From a virus (Duplodnaviria; Caudoviricetes), in the IMG/VR virus record IMGVR_UViG_3300049070_000149, positions 1 to 49,805 of that record: a stretch of DNA of 49,805 nt, one strand, 5' to 3'. The first letter of the stretch is position 1. The number at the start of each line of letters is the position of its first letter. Below the pieces are notes generated by a model. It ran no database searches and was not told where the DNA came from. It saw only the letters and a list, made by a program, of their open reading frames with translations. This document shows positions 45,776 to 49,805 of this stretch, one piece after another. Both the position numbers and the translations under genes were made by a program.

Positions 45776-46099
45776 TTACTTCGTCAGGCTGGTATCTTGC
45801 TCCTGCGCCGCGAGAAAGTTCTCTGCGAGAACACGGCGACCTTGACCCTGGCCACGAAGCTTATAGCCTCGATCATGGGCGACCGCACGAATCTCTGGCT
45901 TACTCATCGTGAGGATCGTTTCGCGAGTGAGCTTCTGACGAGCCGAAGTCACAACAGTCGCAGCTACCTTCTCGGACGCACGCGCTCTGGCGATCTTCTC
46001 TTCAGCTGAGAGCTTTACAGCGACAGGAACAGCGGGAGCCTTAGCCTTTGAAGCCTCGGCGGGAGCCTTATCGGGTTCTTTCTCAGGAATCGTCGACAT
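45776..46099 (-). CDS. hypothetical protein with C-terminal Rho-N/HeH-like helices
   Basis: ILTMSKPEIRAVAHDRGY; AAGGAGG SD; first gene of the late arm. Confidence 0.6.
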   Translation of the reverse strand: MSTIPEKEPDKAPAEASKAKAPAVPVAVKLSAEEKIARARASEKVAATVVTSARQKLTRETILTMSKPEIRAVAHDRGYKLRGQGQGRRVLAENFLAAQEQDTSLTK

Positions 46100-46130
46100 G
46101 CTTCAGTCTCCTCCTTTCGTTTCCCAGGGT

Positions 46131-46145
46131 GTTTCATTGTGAAAC
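46131..46145. repeat. parS-like palindrome copy 7 (GTTTCA-TTG-TGAAAC)
   Basis: Direct reading; in the 5' leader of the late operon. Confidence 0.9.
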
Positions 46146-46201
46146 AACCTGAGTTGGTGCCTCGGCGCTCTGTTTTCGTAGCGAATTATGGCCGATACGG
46201 G

Positions 46202-46230
46202 AGTATACCACTTTGCAAGGGAGAGTGCAA
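46202..46230 (-). promoter_or_regulatory. sigma70-type promoter for the structural arm
   Basis: TTGCAC-17 bp-TATACT with extended -10 TG on the - strand. Confidence 0.7.
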
Positions 46231-46239
46231 CCCTGCAAG

Positions 46240-46690
46240 TGCTGGTGGTGTGTTAAAACGACACGGTGGGTAAACCACGGGAAAGGTTTTCAGCTAATGT
46301 TTAAGTGTAGTCGGAAAGGATTCGCCCGTCCTTTCATCTCGCATTTTTCGGGTCGGGTCTTTACGACGCAAAGTACTTTGAGGGGGTAAAGTGGTTTGCG
46401 CTGCAAAGTGCTCCACGATCTCGAGTACTTTACGTGCAAGCAAGTACTTGCACGCTTCAAGAACTGTGCCATGAATCATTACGAAAACGTAATCCCTTTT
46501 TGCCGTGGACCGTTGTACATTGCATAGGTACATCGCGCACCCAAACCGGAGTCAGACGACAAAACGATGTATCGTGACTAGGTGTCGAAATGACACAAAG
46601 CGCCAATTCCGTCCCCTTTCCCACATAGTGTCAATTTAACACAGTGTCACTCCGACACGTGTCACATTGACACCCAGCCCCTAACCACCA
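46240..46690. other. divergent non-coding control region (origin / genome-end candidate)
   Basis: AGTACT-centred palindromes and clustered GTGTC/GACAC motifs between divergent arms. Confidence 0.45.
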
Positions 46691-46912
46691 ATGCCCTGCT
46701 GGTACGTTGAGTTTCATGGTCCCGAACCAACACAGGAAATCGGGACGACGGTTGACGCAGACAATGGTGACGATGCCATTGACGCAGCACGGGAAAAAGT
46801 CGCTGACGAATGGAACGGCGAACATGCCGATATGTTGCATGACGACGATGAAACTGTATTTGATTTTCGGACCAAGTACGTTGCTCGCGTTGTTCGTATT
46901 TGGGTAAGCTGA
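46691..46912 (+). CDS. hypothetical acidic early protein
   Basis: VDADNGDDAIDAAREK pattern. Confidence 0.6.
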   Translation: MPCWYVEFHGPEPTQEIGTTVDADNGDDAIDAAREKVADEWNGEHADMLHDDDETVFDFRTKYVARVVRIWVS

Positions 46913-46952
46913 CTGTTCATGGCGGAATTGACACCCAACCCCTCCCAACACA

Positions 46953-47156
46953 ATGGCTCGGAAAATGATAACACGTACCCAGATTAACATGATTCGCCAA
47001 ACGGCGCATTCCCTGACCAAAACCGTCCGTGGTCACGATGCGGTCTTGACATTGCGCCAGTTGGACCTAATCACAGACGACATTGCCGAACGGATGCACA
47101 TTGTTCTCGAGGAGCGCGAAACCGAAATTGTCAACACCTTGCGGGAAACGCTGTAA
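46953..47156 (+). CDS. hypothetical early protein
   Basis: Leader similar to that of ORF 46691. Confidence 0.55.
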   Translation: MARKMITRTQINMIRQTAHSLTKTVRGHDAVLTLRQLDLITDDIAERMHIVLEERETEIVNTLRETL

Positions 47157-47200
47157 CCGTTCAAGGGGAGTCAGGGCCGGTTCGATTCCGGCCAACGGTT
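47155..47200 (+). ncRNA. minimal tRNA-like element (acceptor-like stem + T-arm)
   Basis: AACCGTT/AACGGTT stem; GGCCGG-TTCGATT-CCGGCC; 13-nt linker. Confidence 0.65.
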
Positions 47201-47230
47201 TTCGTGTCAAATCGACACAAAAGAAATTCC

Positions 47231-47259
47231 TTGCGTCCCAACACGGACCATTGTAAGAT
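47231..47259 (+). promoter_or_regulatory. putative sigma70-type promoter
   Basis: TTGCGT-17 bp-TAAGAT. Confidence 0.5.
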
Positions 47260-47316
47260 GCACGGGTTGAACGGCGCCGCGCCGATCGCGGTAACATTCA
47301 GGGGAGACAACAACCC

Positions 47317-47820
47317 ATGAAGTACGCTGAGTACAAACTGGCCGGGGACATTCCGGCATCCTTGCTGCCGCGCACCGAAACGCGCGATGGGAAGGAGGTC
47401 AAGGTGCCTTTCACAATCAAGACTCGTGAGGCTGAAACCTTGACGGAGATGCACGCTCTCGTTGAGAACGGTGACGAGAAGCACGTCCTGCGACTGGCAC
47501 AGGGCCAGTACGATATTATCGTCCAGCGCAAGATTCGCGAGTACCTTGCATCGGAGGAAGTTGCCGACATTCTCGCTGGCAAGACGGTTGGGGAAGGTGA
47601 GGATGCCGTGGACTTCGCGGCCCATACCGATGACGAGCGTATCGCGGAAGTCCTGTCACGCACGCAGACGGTGGCAGACGAGTTCGCCTACGGTTCGCGT
47701 CAGTCTCTGCCGGGTGGTGGCAAGACGGCAGCGGTCGAACGCGACAAGAAGGTCCGTGCGGCGGCGGCAGCGGACCCCGAGCTCGCTGCGAAGTTGGCGG
47801 CCCTCGGCATCACGCTGTAA
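47317..47820 (+). CDS. hypothetical early protein
   Basis: GGGGAG SD; GC3-biased codons. Confidence 0.75.
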   Translation: MKYAEYKLAGDIPASLLPRTETRDGKEVKVPFTIKTREAETLTEMHALVENGDEKHVLRLAQGQYDIIVQRKIREYLASEEVADILAGKTVGEGEDAVDFAAHTDDERIAEVLSRTQTVADEFAYGSRQSLPGGGKTAAVERDKKVRAAAAADPELAAKLAALGITL

Positions 47821-47821
47821 A

Positions 47822-47890
47822 GGTCGAAAGGAAAGGGCCGCCATCACGGGGCCTTTTTCTCGTGCCGTTATGCGGCACCTGATGATGACC
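47822..47890 (+). ncRNA. type II hammerhead ribozyme
   Basis: GGTC-GAAA-GGAAAGGGCC/GGCCTTTTTC-TC^-GTGCCG/CGGCAC-CTGATGA-T-GACC; predicted cleavage after 47861. Confidence 0.85.
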
Positions 47891-47918
47891 AAACCCTTAA
47901 CGTGGGAGTCAGCACAAC

Positions 47919-48122
47919 ATGAATCATGCCTACCTAGCCACCTTTCATAACAACAAGGAACGACTAGGCCAGAAGCAGTATCTCGCACCGTCCCTCCGTG
48001 ATGCGCTCGAACGCGCCAAGATGGACGGCCTCGCCATCAAAGCTGTACTTGCCTCCCAAGGTCGAAAGGTGGATATGCAGTACAGCGTTGAAACGCTCGA
48101 CGACCAACTTCGCCTTGTATGA
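47919..48122 (+). CDS. hypothetical early protein
   Basis: GGGAG SD. Confidence 0.6.
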   Translation: MNHAYLATFHNNKERLGQKQYLAPSLRDALERAKMDGLAIKAVLASQGRKVDMQYSVETLDDQLRLV

Positions 48123-48565
48123 ATAAGCAAAGCGCGGAGGCGTTGGCATTGGCCGTCATGGTCAAGTACGGCCTGAGAGACTGGAAGTTTGGCTTTAGCC
48201 AGTCACGCAACAAGGCCGGAACATGCTGGTACGGCCCAAAGATCATTCAGCTTTCCGAGCACTTCGTTGAGTTGAATGATCTCGATAGGGTACTGGACAC
48301 GATCAAGCATGAAGTGGCACATGCACTCGTTGGTTGGAAGGCAGCGCACGGGCCAACATGGAAGAAGGTCGCTGTGGCAATCGGCTGCTCAGGAGAGCGT
48401 TGCTGGTCCCATAGGGACACGAACATGCCACAAAGGAAAAGGTGGGTTGGAACCTGCCCGAAGTGCAGCAAGACGTTTGTACGATACGGCCATGTTAGGC
48501 CGAAGTCCACACTAACCTACTGGTGCTACTGTCAAGTGGCGCTAGAATGGAGGGAGACGAAATGA
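48119..48565 (+). CDS. SprT-like zinc metalloprotease
   Basis: AGTC, IQLS, TIKHEVAHAL, HGPTWK, CPKC...CYC. Confidence 0.88.
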   Translation: MNKQSAEALALAVMVKYGLRDWKFGFSQSRNKAGTCWYGPKIIQLSEHFVELNDLDRVLDTIKHEVAHALVGWKAAHGPTWKKVAVAIGCSGERCWSHRDTNMPQRKRWVGTCPKCSKTFVRYGHVRPKSTLTYWCYCQVALEWRETK

Positions 48566-48687
48566 TCTCGTTTACACTGCATTATCTTCAATTCATCGAC
48601 GCACTTGTACTGGTAGCACTGACTTTCACCGCAGTCTACAACGTCCTGAACTATGGGAAGTTGAATGTTCCAAAGCTCTGAGTACAA

Positions 48688-48915
48688 ATGACCAGAGCGC
48701 AGGCAAAAAAACGGCTCTCGCTTCTCCTCAAGAAGGCGCTTGATGAGGGGATGCGGGAGCTTGCTGTAAAGCACGAACCGAAGTCAAACCACAAGCTGAT
48801 GAGGCGGATGGAAAAGGCCTTGTTAGCACAACGAGAGAGGAGTGAATGGCGACGAAAGAGAAGCAGGTCATCATCAAGCAGGAGTTGGTCGGCGCCATCA
48901 ACCCTGGGAAGCTGA
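48688..48915 (+). CDS. hypothetical basic protein
   Basis: ORF in early cluster; overlaps the next gene. Confidence 0.4.
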   Translation: MTRAQAKKRLSLLLKKALDEGMRELAVKHEPKSNHKLMRRMEKALLAQRERSEWRRKRSRSSSSRSWSAPSTLGS

Positions 48916-49025
48916 ATCCGCAGGCTTTCCTCAGGAGTGATGAAGTGCTGCTGCCGCGCGGTGACGCTAACGAGAACTTCCTTGTCATGAGGGAGACGTT
49001 GGCTGAGGTTGAAGTCAGCAACTAG
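48846..49025 (+). CDS. hypothetical protein (59 aa)
   Basis: Own translation MATKEKQVIIKQELVGAINPGKLNPQ...; GAGGAG SD. Confidence 0.6.
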   Translation: MATKEKQVIIKQELVGAINPGKLNPQAFLRSDEVLLPRGDANENFLVMRETLAEVEVSN

Positions 49026-49053
49026 CACGGGCGAAGTCGAGTAGCCTTCTACC

Positions 49054-49099
49054 TGACCAGCAGGGACGCTTCGATACGGTTCGATTCCGTGACTGGTCA
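49054..49099 (+). ncRNA. minimal tRNA-like element (acceptor-like stem + T-arm)
   Basis: TGACCAG/CTGGTCA stem; TACGG-TTCGATT-CCGTG; followed by a T-run. Confidence 0.6.
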
Positions 49100-49128
49100 A
49101 TTTTTTCACTTTAACAACAGAGGAGCAA

Positions 49129-49476
49129 ATGCTAACTCGCGAGCAGCGTGATAAGTGGGCAGCGGCACTGAGAAGTGGAAAGTACACGCAGCACAGAGGT
49201 GGATTTACAGATGTTGGAGAGCTGGACGTGAATGGATTAGGTTGTAATGTTCACGGCGAGTCAGTAACTCCATCTGCCTTCTGTTGTCTCGCTGTGCTGG
49301 AAGTTGCAGTATTCCCGGGACAGAAATGCGGCACAGAATCAGCAATCAATAAGATCTTCTATAACTGCGGTGATTTTTGTTCAAGATTCCCCTTCGTCTC
49401 GATGAACGATAGTCTCGGATTGTCTTTCTTCGAGATCGCCGACGTTGTAGACACTCTTCCAGTGAGCGACGAATGA
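49129..49476 (+). CDS. hypothetical phage protein
   Basis: KWAAALRSGKYTQ, FCCLAVL, MNDSLGLSFFEIAD pattern; GAGGAG SD. Confidence 0.75.
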   Translation: MLTREQRDKWAAALRSGKYTQHRGGFTDVGELDVNGLGCNVHGESVTPSAFCCLAVLEVAVFPGQKCGTESAINKIFYNCGDFCSRFPFVSMNDSLGLSFFEIADVVDTLPVSDE

Positions 49477-49664
49477 AACTCACCATCCTGCTTGCTCTCC
49501 TGTCGCTCTCAGCCTGCCGCGACACGACAGCTCCAAAGGCTTGCGACATCTCTCAAGCCACCGATTCCCTCATGATTCCCTTCGAAGGCGACACCGTGCC
49601 ACAGATCAAGGTGAAGTGGTGCGGACCTATAACAGTAACAGGAGCGAAGAATGCAGCATATTGA
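49473..49664 (+). CDS. small lipoprotein
   Basis: MK + hydrophobic core + LSAC lipobox. Confidence 0.7.
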   Translation: MKLTILLALLSLSACRDTTAPKACDISQATDSLMIPFEGDTVPQIKVKWCGPITVTGAKNAAY

Positions 49665-49805
49665 GTTAATTCCTGGTCAGAACGTTGTTGTCTGGGCGGG
49701 GAAAACAACACAGATCATCGTTGAATGTAGGCAGGCCGTTAACAGCAAGCACGCCTATTTTCAGATCACTACACGCCACAAGGTTAAGCGTGTAAAGCCC
49801 CTTCG
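49651..49805 (+). CDS. hypothetical protein running off the window end (closes at position 49 if circular)
   Basis: AGGAG SD; MQHIELIPGQ...; frame stays open across the junction. Confidence 0.5.
   Translation, partial: MQHIELIPGQNVVVWAGKTTQIIVECRQAVNSKHAYFQITTRHKVKRVKPL

Noticed and set aside
1286-46145. Palindromic repeats as a CRISPR array or IS ends
   Set aside because: Copies are kilobases apart with no spacer periodicity; no transposase or cas operon, and the Cas4-like gene sits in a recombination module
47831-47860. Simple rho-independent terminator
   Set aside because: The hairpin is stem III of a complete hammerhead core, so a terminator-only call is insufficient
1-49805. Integrase, repressor, RNA polymerase, reverse transcriptase/DGR or base-modification cluster
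   Set aside because: No diagnostic motifs recognised in any ORF; divergent versions cannot be excluded without profile searches

Overview
The window looks like an essentially complete, circularly permuted ~49.8-kb genome of a tailed, podovirus-like dsDNA phage. An ORF and a GNRA hairpin both run across the 49805/1 junction. The + strand arm (46.7 kb through the junction to 21.3 kb) carries early and replication genes: SprT-like protease, SF1 helicase, a frameshift-split SLOG protein, KGG stress protein, Cas4-like nuclease, GroES, Sak4-like ATPase with an SSB-like protein, HNH, DUF3310, ThyX, a ParB-HTH-DNA methyltransferase fusion, a UDG-exonuclease-PolA fusion and a DUF3987-type ATPase. The - strand arm (46.1 to 21.4 kb) carries tail/receptor proteins, M15 endolysin, terminase, portal, scaffold, major capsid protein, adaptor, nozzle and three ejection-type proteins. 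I recognise no integrase, repressor or primase. Most notable: (1) seven copies of a parS-like palindrome GTTTCA-N3-TGAAAC spread 5-12 kb apart, together with the ParB-methyltransferase fusion; (2) two type II hammerhead ribozymes placed right after stop codons; (3) five tRNA-like elements that keep an acceptor-like stem and T-arm but lack a normal anticodon arm, plus two other structured RNA candidates; (4) an A_AAA_AAG -1 frameshift that restores the SLOG protein; (5) a perfect 39-bp repeat embedded in two unrelated genes. All calls come from manual motif reading; no searches or folding programs were run.
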